Assembly (NCBI GenBank): GCA_963822445.1
Contig: CAWGHO010000002.1
Span: forward strand, 1,856,001-1,920,000
From: an uncultured Acidobacteriota bacterium
Lineage (GTDB): Bacteria; Acidobacteriota; Thermoanaerobaculia; Gp7-AA8
DNA length: 64,000 bases
Reading direction: 5' to 3'
Every line of letters begins with the position of its first letter. Positions within the stretch are counted from its first letter, which is position 1. Both the position numbers and the translations under genes were made by a program. The notes beneath the pieces are model-generated. The model saw nothing but the letters and a program-made list of their open reading frames with translations. It searched no databases and was not told the origin of the DNA. Below, one piece after another: positions 23,701 through 34,223 of the stretch.

Positions 23701-25733
23701 CCAACGAGATTGCCTTGCAACGTCGCCGCGTTCCCGCCGTTGATGAAGATGCCGTGGGAGGCACTGCTCGCGACCACGTTGCCCATCCCCGCGACCGTTC
23801 CGCCAATCAGCGCGTTCGCTCCCAGGACGTGAATCCCGTACTCGCCGTTGCCGAGGCCGGCCGCGCCGGCTGCGTTGGTTCCGATGAGGTTGCCGCGAAT
23901 GATCGCGTTCGAAGCTGTCCCGAGCACATCGATGCCGCTGCGGACGTTGCCGGAGATGATGTTGCGATTGACTCCACCGCCGCCGATGACGACGCCGGAC
24001 TCGCCGGCTTCGATTCCGTCCAGAAAGTTCGGCAGAACGGCGGTAGCGGTCGCATTGAGGCCGATGGTGTTCCCGACGATGGTCGTGCCGATGGAGTCGG
24101 GAAGGTTGATTCCATGCGCGCCGCTGTCGGCGATCACGTTGCCGGTGATGGTCGTCGTAGTGCCGTGGTTCTCGATGCCATCGTTGCCGTTACCGGCGGC
24201 GGTGATGCCGTCGGGTGCGAGGCCGATCCAGTTCGCGGTGATGGTCGTGAGTAGCGCGGTATCGATGTAGATCCCGTCGCTGGTGCTATTGGCGATGATG
24301 TTCCCCGCACCGATCCCGCCGATTGCCGTGCCGTTGACGCCGGTGGTTACGTAAATCCCATTTCCCGTTCCGGCGATGTTGGTCGTCCCGTCGGCGCCGA
24401 TTCCGATCCGGTTCGCTTCGATGAGGTTGCCGTCTCCGACCACGACCACCGCGCCGGTGTTCGCGCCTCCGCCGATGACGTTGCCGTCGCCGGCCGCGCC
24501 AAGCCGGGTGAGGCTGCCGAAGATGACGACGGACTCGAAGAACGCGGAGACGGAAGTGTTTCCGGTCGCGTTGGTGCCGATGTAGTTATTGAGGATCAAG
24601 GTCCGGAGCGCGCCGGAACCTACGTAGACGTGATACTGCTCGCCGGCGATCACATTGCGATCGGAGACGTCCGAGCCGCCGATGACCACGTCGTCTTCTT
24701 CTTCGACGAAGATGCTTCGATCGCCATTCAGGAGCACGGTCGAGCCGGCCGGATCGAAGCCGATGATGTTCCCCTCGATCCTGGTGCCCAGCGAACCGCT
24801 TTCCGGGAGCCAGATGCCGTGGCGGTAGTTCGCGGAGATGACGTTCCCCGAGATCAGGGTGTTGTTGCCGCGCTGCTCGATTCCATGTTGGGCGACGAGG
24901 CTGAACGGCGCCGCGGCGCCGGCCGCGTTGGTGCCGACGTAGTTCCCTAGGATCTGTGTGCTGCCGACGCCGGGACCGACGTGCACTTGTACGCTGCTGT
25001 TGGTCGCGATTACGTTGCGTTCCGCCGCCGTGGCTCCGCCGATGGTGACGTTGTCCCCGAAAACGTTGATGCCGTTGAACGAGTTCGGCGCGGCCGTGGT
25101 CCCATCCGCCGCCAGGCCGATGAGATTTCCGACGATCAGCAATCCCTCGTCGTTGCCGTTCTGCACGCCGGACGAGTTGTTGCCGCCGATCACGTTGTCC
25201 TCGATGCGGTTTCCGGCGCCGGCGCCGACGTCCACTTCGATGCCGTGCTGAAAGTTCGCGCTGACGCCAAGGCGCGTCGCGCCGATCCAGTTCCCCAGAA
25301 TCGTGTTGCCGGGGCTGGAGATATAGATGCCGTTCTCCGGCGAACCGGTGATCTCCAGATACTGGATCGTGGAGCCCCCGGCCGGCGGCACGAGCGAGAG
25401 CATGAAGCCGGATAACGTGACGACGGGCGTCGACGTGAAGTCGGGATCGGTCGAGCCGTCGATCGTGACGACATCACTGATGACGAGATCCGTGAGTCCG
25501 GCGGCGTAGGTGATCGTCCCGGTCACGTTGAACGCGATGGTGTCCGGACCGGCGAGGGCGTTGGCCTCGTCGATGGCCTCACGGAGGGTGCAGAGGCCAC
25601 CGTCGCTGTCGCAAACGCCGTCGGGCGTGGCATCGCCGACATCGCCCGTGGAGTTCACCGTGAATGTGGCCGCGCCGAGGACCGGTGCGACGAGGAGAAT
25701 GCCGAAGACAACGACCACCCGGAAAAACGCCAT
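20793..25733 (-). CDS. Large surface protein: CSLREA, parallel beta-helix repeats, 3 Calx-beta, DUF11, IPTL-CTERM
   Basis: Signal peptide; CTLREAI; many GNxIG/NVISGN repeats; TATAGxDY/DETF Calx-beta; C-terminal IPTLTEW-TM-RR. Confidence 0.9.
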   Translation of the reverse strand: MAFFRVVVVFGILLVAPVLGAATFTVNSTGDVGDATPDGVCDSDGGLCTLREAIDEANALAGPDTIAFNVTGTITYAAGLTDLVISDVVTIDGSTDPDFTSTPVVTLSGFMLSLVPPAGGSTIQYLEITGSPENGIYISSPGNTILGNWIGATRLGVSANFQHGIEVDVGAGAGNRIEDNVIGGNNSSGVQNGNDEGLLIVGNLIGLAADGTTAAPNSFNGINVFGDNVTIGGATAAERNVIATNSSVQVHVGPGVGSTQILGNYVGTNAAGAAAPFSLVAQHGIEQRGNNTLISGNVISANYRHGIWLPESGSLGTRIEGNIIGFDPAGSTVLLNGDRSIFVEEEDDVVIGGSDVSDRNVIAGEQYHVYVGSGALRTLILNNYIGTNATGNTSVSAFFESVVIFGSLTRLGAAGDGNVIGGGANTGAVVVVGDGNLIEANRIGIGADGTTNIAGTGNGIYVTTGVNGTAIGGIGAGNIIANSTSDGIYIDTALLTTITANWIGLAPDGITAAGNGNDGIENHGTTTTITGNVIADSGAHGINLPDSIGTTIVGNTIGLNATATAVLPNFLDGIEAGESGVVIGGGGVNRNIISGNVRSGIDVLGTASNAIIRGNLIGTNAAGAAGLGNGEYGIHVLGANALIGGTVAGMGNVVASSASHGIFINGGNAATLQGNLVGLDPAGTAALPNVIGVAVQIGDGVTIGGSVAGARNVISGNTSNGITLFSTTNAVISGNYIGTNAAGSGAIANGGSGVLLNGATTITIGGTTAGAGNVISGNSFWGIDDALSTALVIAGNVIGMNATGTARVPNSNGGIVINSDGAVIGGPAVAARNYISGNGLLFPSGQNVLVEGTADGTLIQNNFVGLGIDGDTAIVNSGDGIRSVGTNTNILNNVVSGNGNGRGINIAGLTGAGTIIRGNIVGLNAAGTAARENYYGVSVTPGNVAIGGLAAGEGNVISGNNQAGLELSGDNSVLGNIVGLNAAGTAGIPNLTGLVISGSNNVIGSAGGENHIGHNTNHGIAVIGGIRNRITRNSIHDNGLLGIDLFPPGVTPNDTQDPDEGPNHLQNYPVPNTAYLQGGTATISGTLNSTPITTFSLEFFSDTNPIATAEGRTYLGAWTVTTDPLGNAPFVFSPVSAPPAGASLTATATPPDDSTSEFSAAIVLLAPGVFDLSSATYSGNEAAGPITITVNRSGGSDGTVTVDYTTTDGSATAGADYTTTAGTLTFGPGVTSQQFAVPISNDGTFEGDETFTVTISNPTNGALLGTTTTAPVTITDDESTPTLSIDDATGSETSLFVGFVATLSHPSTQPVTFQYATAGITATGGSDYLSAFGPLTIVPGSTSLPISIGVLDDALAEPSETFSVTLSLPTNATILDGTAIGTILDNEGPVTASIDDETAPENAGPAIFTVTLSGPSGSTIDIDYTTTGITATAGSDYSTATGTISFAPGVTIQEIFVPILDDSSFEADETFRLNITSASVSIPDGEAIGTITSNDAAGADLALAVSAPGSAAPGSTVTITVTVTNQGPDTASGVTLNDVVPAGATGIGATTTQGTCTPGATDVSCTLGSITNGGSVTVTITFTAPAAGGTNTATVSAAELDPDSSDNQVVTVIAAAPGDEASIPTLTEWMLLLLGLSMAIVALRRL

Positions 25734-25930
25734 CCGTAACTCCAGCTATCCGAAATAGATCCGAGGCGTGGCATTATCCGCCGAGACCTCGGCGAAGCGA
25801 GCGCGGCCGGAATTAGGCCGGTCCGGGTGAGGGGCATAGAATGCGCCGCGTTTCTCCGGTGTTCCGTGCTTCCGCGTGACCTCCATCGAGGCTCGCGCGT
25901 CACACACAAAATCGCAGTTTTCAGGGGCCT

Positions 25931-28432
25931 ATGATCCGACTCCTAGCCATGCTCGCCCTCCTGCTGCTTGCCGGCACGGTGGCGCGCGCGCAGACGACTA
26001 CCACCCAGCAGGAACCGACCCGGCCACGGCCAGGGTCGATCCTGGAGACCCCGGCCGCCGGCCGGATCACCGACGCACCCCCTCCACCCCAGACCGTGCG
26101 TCCAACCGGCGAGCTGACGGGCCAGGTGGTCGAGCGATTCGAAGCGGTCGGCAACAACTCCGTCGCCAGCGACACCATCCGCGTCTACCTTGGCATCTCC
26201 CCCGGTGACCCCTTCTCGCCCGAAGCCATCCAGCGCAACTTCGTCAACCTCTGGCAGACCGGCCTCTTCGACGACATCCGTGTCGAGTACGAGCAGGGCG
26301 ATACCGGCGTCGTGGTTCGCGTCATCGTGAAAGAGCGTCCGCGCGTCGGCTCGGTCGAGTTCCGCGGCAACAAGGAGCTCACCTCCGCGAAGATCACCGA
26401 AGGCTTCGAGCGCGAGAAGATCGACATCCACGTCGGAAGCACGATCGAGCAGACCCTGGTCAAGCGCGCCGCGGAGACCATCCGCCGCATCTACAGCGAG
26501 GGCGGCTTCGAGGGCGTTCAGGTCGACACCATCACCGAGGACATGACCCTTCCGAACGAGAAGCGGATCGTGTTCGTGATCAACGAAGGCATCAAGGCCA
26601 AAGTCGCGGCCATCGACTTCACCGGCAACGAGAAATTCTCCGACGGCAAGCTGCGCAGCGTGATGAAGGACGTCAAGCGTCACAACATCATCACCTGGGT
26701 GCGCAAGAAGAACCTTTACATCCCCTCGAAGCTCGATGAGGATCTCGAGCGCGTCAAGAACTACTACCAGGACCATGGCTACCAGGACGTCGCGTTCGGC
26801 GATCCGGAGATCAAGACCGTCAACAAGCGCGTCCGCATCACCATCCCGGTCAAAGAAGGAGAGGTTCACACCTTCGGCAAGGTCACCGTCGAGGGCAACA
26901 CCGTCTTCACCGCCGATCAGATCATCGGCGACTGGCCGTTGAAGGAAGGCGACACGCTGGCCCGCAAGCCCATCGCCACGCGCAGCGATGCGTTCGGCGA
27001 GGCGTACCGCATGCGCGGCTACATCTACGCGTACGTCGACGCCGAGTACAACGACCGCGGGAACAACGTCGTCGACGTCAACCTGCGCGTCTTCGAAGGT
27101 GAGCAGTTCCGCCTCGGCCGCCTGGAGTTCGAAGGCAACACCACCACCAAGGACAAGGTTCTCCGCCGCGAGATCTTCCTCGAAGAGGGGCAGATCATGG
27201 ACATGGAGACCTTCAAGCAGAGCCTCTACAAGCTGGGGCAGCTCGGCTACTTCAAGATCACCGACAACCCCGACTTCAAGGTCAACCCCGAGTCCAAGAC
27301 CGTCGACATCACCGTCAAGGGCGTCGAGGAAGGCAAGAACGACATCCAGTTCGGCGGCGGCTACTCGGAAGGCGGCGGATTCTTCGTCCAGGCCCAGTTC
27401 GCGACGCGCAACTTCCTCGGCGAAGGAGAGAACTTCGGCCTCAGCTATCAGCGTGGACGGCGGACGAACTTCTTCAGCATCTCCTACGCCGATCCCTGGT
27501 TCATGGACACGCCGAACAGCCTCGGCATCTCGGTCTACAACAAGGAAACGATCCTTCCCGCGGCCTTCGGTTACGAGCAGCGCGGGCAGGGTGGAACCGT
27601 TGCTTACGGCTATCGTCTCGGCCGGTTCGACAGCGTTTCGCTGCTCTACGGCTTCGACAAGTCCCACTACCGCTACTCGACGCGCGAAGAGCCCGATAAC
27701 CAGGGCAACGTGCCGGTCGGCATCATCACCGACCTCGACTTCACCACGTCCGTGATCGTGCCGTCGTATCGCTACGACTCGCGCGACAACCCGTACGACA
27801 CGACCCGCGGCACGCGGCTGAGCCTCGGTGTCTCGTACGCCGGCGGACCGCTGGGCGGCACGATCAACATGCTCAAGCCGACGGCGAACTTCACCCGCTT
27901 CCAGCGGCTGAGCCGCAAGTCGTCGGTCAGCGCGAACATCGAGGGCGGCTACATCATCCCGTTCAACGATGACTGCGCGCATTCGTACGACGAGCTGACC
28001 AAGCAGATCACCAACCTCTGCGTTCCGGCGTCGGACCGCTTCCTGGTCGGCGGCGAGTTCTCGGTGCGCGGCTTCGAGTACGGCACGCTGGGACCGTTCG
28101 AAAACTTCCCGAACGTCGGCCCCAGCCCGGCCGGCGGCTACAAGTACCACACGTACAACTTCGAATACATCTACCGCGTGAACGATCCGCTGCGGTTCGT
28201 TCTGTGGGCCGACGCGGGCAAGGCATACGGCTACCGCGAGAACTTCGACTTCGCCGCGTTGCGCTACAGCTTCGGCGCGGAGATGCGCGTGTTCCTGCCG
28301 GTGTTCCAGTTCCCGCTTCGTTTCATTTACGCCATCAATCCGTCGCCGAAGGAATGCCCGGCCAATTCGACCACCGCGTGCGTCCCCGATCGCTTCGAAG
28401 GCTTCCAGTTCACGATCGGGAATACCTTCTAA
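25931..28432 (+). CDS. bamA: Outer membrane protein assembly factor
   Basis: POTRA repeats (GNTTTKDKVLRRE), VRGF loop, C-terminal Phe. Confidence 0.95.
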   Translation: MIRLLAMLALLLLAGTVARAQTTTTQQEPTRPRPGSILETPAAGRITDAPPPPQTVRPTGELTGQVVERFEAVGNNSVASDTIRVYLGISPGDPFSPEAIQRNFVNLWQTGLFDDIRVEYEQGDTGVVVRVIVKERPRVGSVEFRGNKELTSAKITEGFEREKIDIHVGSTIEQTLVKRAAETIRRIYSEGGFEGVQVDTITEDMTLPNEKRIVFVINEGIKAKVAAIDFTGNEKFSDGKLRSVMKDVKRHNIITWVRKKNLYIPSKLDEDLERVKNYYQDHGYQDVAFGDPEIKTVNKRVRITIPVKEGEVHTFGKVTVEGNTVFTADQIIGDWPLKEGDTLARKPIATRSDAFGEAYRMRGYIYAYVDAEYNDRGNNVVDVNLRVFEGEQFRLGRLEFEGNTTTKDKVLRREIFLEEGQIMDMETFKQSLYKLGQLGYFKITDNPDFKVNPESKTVDITVKGVEEGKNDIQFGGGYSEGGGFFVQAQFATRNFLGEGENFGLSYQRGRRTNFFSISYADPWFMDTPNSLGISVYNKETILPAAFGYEQRGQGGTVAYGYRLGRFDSVSLLYGFDKSHYRYSTREEPDNQGNVPVGIITDLDFTTSVIVPSYRYDSRDNPYDTTRGTRLSLGVSYAGGPLGGTINMLKPTANFTRFQRLSRKSSVSANIEGGYIIPFNDDCAHSYDELTKQITNLCVPASDRFLVGGEFSVRGFEYGTLGPFENFPNVGPSPAGGYKYHTYNFEYIYRVNDPLRFVLWADAGKAYGYRENFDFAALRYSFGAEMRVFLPVFQFPLRFIYAINPSPKECPANSTTACVPDRFEGFQFTIGNTF

Positions 28433-28513
28433 ACGGCGACCGATTACGAACGCGAATCATCAGTGAGTAAGAAAGCATCCCGGCGCGCCGGGAACGAATC
28501 AAAAGGAGATCTC

Positions 28514-29050
28514 ATGAAGAAGTTCCTCGTTGCAGTTGCGGTGACGGCGCTTGCGGCGCCCGTTTTCGCGCAGACCACCCCGGCGCGTGTGGCAGTGATC
28601 GACGTGCAGAAAGTTCTGACCCAGTCGACCGCGGGCAAAGCGTCTTACGAGCGGCTCAAGAAGCTGCAGGAAGAGCGCGTCGAGAAGGCCAAGACCATGG
28701 ACGAAGAGCTGCGCAAGCTCGACTCCGACATCAACGCCAAGAAGATCTCGCTCAGCGAAGACAAGCTGACCGAGATGCAGAAGCAGCTCGCCGACAAGCG
28801 CATCTCCATGCAGCGCTACGCGCAGGACGCCGATCGCGAGATCGGTGAGGCCCGCGACCGCGAGCTTCAGGCCCTGGAGGCCAAGATCAAGCCGATCATC
28901 GACGCCATCGGCAAAGAGATGGGTCTGGCCGCGATCTTCAACAAGTTCGAGTCCGGCCTGGTCTACGCCGCCGACGCGATCGACATCACCGACACGGTCG
29001 TCAAGCGCTTCAACGAAGCCGCTCCGGCCGCTGCCGCCGCCAAGAAATAG
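28514..29050 (+). CDS. skp: OmpH/Skp periplasmic chaperone
   Basis: Signal peptide, VAVIDVQKV, coiled coil, DITDTVVK; GGAG RBS; between bamA and lpxD. Confidence 0.9.
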   Translation: MKKFLVAVAVTALAAPVFAQTTPARVAVIDVQKVLTQSTAGKASYERLKKLQEERVEKAKTMDEELRKLDSDINAKKISLSEDKLTEMQKQLADKRISMQRYAQDADREIGEARDRELQALEAKIKPIIDAIGKEMGLAAIFNKFESGLVYAADAIDITDTVVKRFNEAAPAAAAAKK

Positions 29051-29074
29051 GGCGATTTTTCGATAGTTGAATTG

Positions 29075-29102
29075 AAAGCCTCCCGGAAGCGGGAGGCTTT
29101 TT
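29075..29102 (+). terminator. Rho-independent terminator after skp
   Basis: AAAGCCTCCCG-GAAG-CGGGAGGCTTT-TT. Confidence 0.85.
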
Positions 29103-29107
29103 CGTGC

Positions 29108-29207
29108 GTACGGCGGGCGTCCCGCCCGCTCTGGCCGGGCAGCCTGCCCGGCCATCATCCCGACGGGCAGGATGCCCATCGGGTAGCGGGCGAGACGCCC
29201 GCCGTAC
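29108..29207. repeat. Four-hairpin REP/REPIN-like element, copy 1
   Basis: 23-bp outer inverted repeat (1 mismatch) enclosing two GGGCAG-C/G-C/A-TGCCC hairpins; second copy at 50238. Confidence 0.8.
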
Positions 29208-29239
29208 CTCCTTCCACTCGTTTACAATCCGCCCCCTCT

Positions 29240-30265
29240 ATGCCTGCTGTTCCCCTCTCTGAAATCGTGAGCTACGTCTCAGGCCGCTACGACGGTGCGG
29301 CCGACGTAGCCATTACCGGCGTGGCTCCGCTCAGCGATGCCGGCGAGGGGCAGATCAGCTTCCTGTCGAATCCGAAGTACGCGCCGGAGCTGGCGAAGAC
29401 GAAAGCCACCGCGATCCTCGTCAGCGCGGACCATGCCGAGGAGTCGCCGCGGTACATCCGCGTTCCGAATCCCTACTTCGCCATGGCCCGCGTCATCGCG
29501 CGCTTCTTCGATCGCCGGCCGATGCCGCAGGGCGTTTCTCCGCATGCCGCGGTCGCCGCGACCGCGAAGCTCGGAAACAACGTCGCCGTCGGCCCCTTCA
29601 CCTCGATCGGTGAGAACGTCGAGATCGGCGACGACGTCGTCATCTTTCCGAACGTCACCATCGAGCCGAACGTCGAGATCGGCGACGGCACGATCGTCTA
29701 CCCGCAGGTCTCGATTTACTACGGCTCCCGGATCGGCAAGCGCTGCATCATTCACAGCTCGGTGGTGATCGGTTCCGACGGCTACGGATTCGCGACCGAG
29801 GGCGGGAAACATCACAAGATCCCGCAGGTGGGGATCGTGCGGATCGAAGACGATGTCGAGATCGGCGCAGGTTCTTCGATCGATCGCGCTGCCCTCGGCG
29901 AAACCGTCATCGGCGAGGGAACGAAGATCGACAACCTCGTGCAGATCGGCCACAACGTAAAGATCGGCAAGCACTGTCTGCTCGTCGCCCAGGTGGGCAT
30001 CGCCGGATCGACGCAACTCGGCAACTACGTCGTCGTGGCCGGACAATCCGGGTTCGCCGGTCATCTGAAGATCGGCGACGGCGTGCAGGTCGCGGCCAAG
30101 AGCGCCGTGCTGCGCGATCTGCAATCGAACACGAAAGTGATGGGCAGCCCGGCCATCGGCTTCGGAGAGTTCTCGCGCCGCGAAGTCTGGCTGCGGCGCC
30201 TCCCGGAGCTGGCGCGCAAAGTCACTCAGCTCGAGCGGATGCTGCTCGCGAAGGAACGCAAATGA
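29240..30265 (+). CDS. lpxD: UDP-3-O-acyl-glucosamine N-acyltransferase
   Basis: [34 protein letters not shown]. Confidence 0.95.
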   Translation: MPAVPLSEIVSYVSGRYDGAADVAITGVAPLSDAGEGQISFLSNPKYAPELAKTKATAILVSADHAEESPRYIRVPNPYFAMARVIARFFDRRPMPQGVSPHAAVAATAKLGNNVAVGPFTSIGENVEIGDDVVIFPNVTIEPNVEIGDGTIVYPQVSIYYGSRIGKRCIIHSSVVIGSDGYGFATEGGKHHKIPQVGIVRIEDDVEIGAGSSIDRAALGETVIGEGTKIDNLVQIGHNVKIGKHCLLVAQVGIAGSTQLGNYVVVAGQSGFAGHLKIGDGVQVAAKSAVLRDLQSNTKVMGSPAIGFGEFSRREVWLRRLPELARKVTQLERMLLAKERK

Positions 30266-30711
30266 CCATGACCATCGTCGAGATCATGAAGTACTTACCG
30301 CACCGTTACCCGATGCTGCTCGTCGATCGGGTCCTGGAGATCTCCGAGGATGGGAAGAAGATCACCGGATTGAAGAATGTGTCGGCCAACGAGCAGTTTT
30401 TTCAGGGCCACTTCCCCGGCGCGCCGGTGATGCCGGGCGTTTTGATCGTCGAGGCGATGGCCCAGTGTTCGGCACTGCTCGGCCTGCGCGAGATGAGCGA
30501 CGAGGAACGCGCGAAGAAGCTCTTCCTCTTCGGCGGCATCGACAAAGCCCGCTTCCGCCGGCCGGTCGTGCCGGGCGATCAGCTCATCCTCGAATGTGAA
30601 GTCCTTCACCGCCGCGCCACCACCGTGAAGATGCGCGGTGTCGCGAAAGTGGCCGGCGTGGTCGTCGCGGAAGCGGAGCTGCTCAGCATGCTCGTGGATC
30701 GGCCGGAATAA
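30262..30711 (+). CDS. fabZ: 3-hydroxyacyl-ACP dehydratase
   Basis: [31 protein letters not shown]. Confidence 0.96.
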   Translation: MTMTIVEIMKYLPHRYPMLLVDRVLEISEDGKKITGLKNVSANEQFFQGHFPGAPVMPGVLIVEAMAQCSALLGLREMSDEERAKKLFLFGGIDKARFRRPVVPGDQLILECEVLHRRATTVKMRGVAKVAGVVVAEAELLSMLVDRPE

Positions 30712-30715
30712 CGAA

Positions 30716-31498
30716 ATGAACTCGGCCATCGCAGATACCGCAATCGTCAGCAGTGAAGCCGCGCTCGCGCACGACGTCGTCATCGGGCCTTACGCGATCA
30801 TCGGCCCGCAGGTGACCATCGGCGCGGGCACGATCATCGGCCCGCACGTGCGCATCGAAGGTCCGACCACGATCGGCGAGCGCAATCGCATCATCGGTCA
30901 GGCCTCGATCGGCACCGAGCCGCAGGACGTGAAGTACAAAGGCGAGCGCACGGAGCTGCGCATCGGCAACGACAATCTCATTCGCGAGTTCGTGACCATC
31001 AACCGCGGCACGATCGGCGGCGGTGCGCTGACGACCATCGGCTCGCACAACTTCCTCATGGCCTACTCGCACGTCGCGCACGACTGCCACGTCGGCGATC
31101 ACACGATCTTCGCGAATAACGCCACGCTTGCCGGACACGTCGACGTCGGCGACTACTCGACCATCGGCGCGTTCTCGGCCGTTCATCAGTTCTGCCGCGT
31201 CGGCGATCACGCCTTCATCGGCGGCGGCTCGATCTGCACGCAGGACGTGCTTCCGTACGTGAAGACAGTTGGCAATCGTCCGGCCAAAACCTACGGCATC
31301 AACACGATCGGTCTCGAGCGGAAGGGCTTTCAGAAGGAGACCGTGGAAGCGCTGCAGCGCGCGTATCGCATCCTGGTGCGCTCGAAACTGAAGCTGCAGG
31401 AAGCGCTCGAGCGGATCGAGACGGAGCTTGGCTTCCACTCGGAAGTGCGCTACTTCGCGGAGTTCATGCGCGAGTCGAAGCGGGGCATCATTCGATGA
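30716..31498 (+). CDS. lpxA: Acyl-ACP--UDP-GlcNAc acyltransferase
   Basis: PQDVKY, IREFVTINRGT, HVAHDC, HQFCRVG. Confidence 0.95.
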   Translation: MNSAIADTAIVSSEAALAHDVVIGPYAIIGPQVTIGAGTIIGPHVRIEGPTTIGERNRIIGQASIGTEPQDVKYKGERTELRIGNDNLIREFVTINRGTIGGGALTTIGSHNFLMAYSHVAHDCHVGDHTIFANNATLAGHVDVGDYSTIGAFSAVHQFCRVGDHAFIGGGSICTQDVLPYVKTVGNRPAKTYGINTIGLERKGFQKETVEALQRAYRILVRSKLKLQEALERIETELGFHSEVRYFAEFMRESKRGIIR

Positions 31499-32423
31499 CC
31501 GTTTCGGTGGGGGTCGTCGGCACCGGCTACCTCGGTCGTCTGCACGCGCGCGTGCTCACCGAGATTCCCGAGGCGCAGGTCGTCGGCTTCGTTGAATTGA
31601 ACGACGCGGTCGCCGGTGAGCTCGAAGAATCGCTGAAGTTGAGGCGGTTCGAGAGCGTCGCCGCGCTGGCGAAGGAAGTTCAGTGCGCCGTCGTCGCCAC
31701 GCCGACCATCACCCACTACGACATCGCCTCGGAGCTCCTGAGCGCCGGCTGCGACGTGATGGTCGAGAAACCGATCACGCAGGACGTCGAGCAGGCCAAG
31801 GCGCTGATCGCTCTCGCGGCGCGCAAAGGCCGGATCATTCAGGTCGGCCACGTCGAGCGGTACAACCCGGCCATCGTTGCCGTCGCCGAGCAGGTTCGCG
31901 GAACGCGTTATCTCGAAGCCGAGCGCCTCGGCGTCTTCGTCGGCCGCTCGCTCGACATCGATGTGCTGCTCGACCTCATGATTCACGACATCAACCTCGT
32001 GCTGTCGCTGCTGCAGGAGGAAGTCGTCGAGATCCGCGCGGTCGGTGTTCCCGTGCTCACGGACAAGGTGGACATGACCAACGTGCGGCTGCAGCTCGCG
32101 AATGGCGCGGTCGCAAATCTCACCGCGAGTCGCGTGTCGCAGGACCGGGTGCGCAAGCAGCGATTCTTCGGAAGTGATTTCTACTACTCCGTCGACACGA
32201 AAGAACAGGAAGTGAAGGGCTACCGGCTCATCGACGGCGCCATCACTCCCGCGGCGGTCAGTGTCGAGAAGAAAGAGCCGCTGCGCGCGGAGCTAGAAGC
32301 GTTTCTGCAATGCGTGCGCGATCGCTCGCGGCCGATCGTGTCCGGCGAAGACGGCCTGGCCGCGGTTTCGCTCGCGGTGAAAGTGGCCGAAGCGATCGGC
32401 GAGTCGATGAGGAGGTTCAAGGC

Positions 32424-32427
<4 letters not shown>
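31495..32427 (+). CDS. Gfo/Idh/MocA oxidoreductase (GnnA-like)
   Basis: GTGYLG, EKP, GHVERYNP, DLMIHD; coupled to lpxA. Confidence 0.85.
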
Positions 32428-33290
<863 letters not shown>

Positions 33291-33300
33291 GAGCTCCCGA

Positions 33301-34218
33301 ATGGGCATTCTCGTAGTTGGCAGCGTCGCCTTCGACGCACTTCAGACGCCGTTCGGCAAGGTCGATCGCTGCATCGGCGGCTCGGCGACGTACTTTTCCG
33401 TGGCCGCGTCGTTTTTCACGGAGGTGTCGATCGTTGCCGTCGTCGGCGACGACTTCACCGAGGAAGACGCGGCGATCTTTCGCGGCCGCAACATCAACGT
33501 CGACGGCCTGCAGCGCATCCCGGGCGAGAAGACGTTTTTCTGGAGCGGTGAGTACGGCTACGACCTGAACGTCGCCAAGACCCGCGACACGCAGCTCAAC
33601 GTCTTTGCCGATTTCAAACCGCAACTCACCGAGGCCCAGCGCAATACGGACGTGCTGTTCCTCGCGAACATCCAGCCCGATCTGCAGCTCGACGTTTTGC
33701 GGCAAACCAAGCGCCCGCGGATCGTCGCTCTCGACACGATGAACCTCTGGATCGCGACCGCGCGCGAGTCGCTGGAACGGGTGTTCCGTGAAGTCGATCT
33801 GATCATCATCAACGAGGCCGAAGTCCGGCAGTTCACGAACGATCCGAATCTGATCAAAGGCGCCCGCTCGATTCTCGCCCTTGGGCCGCAAACCCTCGTG
33901 ATCAAGCGCGGTGAGTACGGCGTGCTGATGGTGACCAAGGATGCGATCTTCGCCGCGCCGGCCTACCCGCTGGAAACGGTGTTCGACCCGACCGGCGCCG
34001 GCGACACCTTCGCCGGCGGTTTCCTCGGCTTCCTGGCATCACGCTCCGAGATTCACGATCGCGAGCTGCGCCGCGCAATCATCTTCGGCAGCGTGCTGGC
34101 GTCGTTCACCGTGGAGAAGTTCTCGCTCGACCGCCTGCGGGAGATCACGCTCGCGGACGTGCACGAGCGCTATCAGGATTTCCGCGCGCTGACGGCCTTC
34201 GAGGATTTCGACAGGTAG
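33301..34218 (+). CDS. PfkB family carbohydrate/nucleoside kinase
   Basis: GGSATY, DPTGAGDTFAGG. Confidence 0.9.
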   Translation: MGILVVGSVAFDALQTPFGKVDRCIGGSATYFSVAASFFTEVSIVAVVGDDFTEEDAAIFRGRNINVDGLQRIPGEKTFFWSGEYGYDLNVAKTRDTQLNVFADFKPQLTEAQRNTDVLFLANIQPDLQLDVLRQTKRPRIVALDTMNLWIATARESLERVFREVDLIIINEAEVRQFTNDPNLIKGARSILALGPQTLVIKRGEYGVLMVTKDAIFAAPAYPLETVFDPTGAGDTFAGGFLGFLASRSEIHDRELRRAIIFGSVLASFTVEKFSLDRLREITLADVHERYQDFRALTAFEDFDR

Positions 34219-34223
34219 GAACG

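Noticed and set aside
25943-28150. Long antisense or alternate-frame ORFs (also 16578-18365, 42352-45027, 43220-44866, 60502-61962)
   Set aside because: Shadows of well-supported genes, expected in high-GC DNA; no motifs
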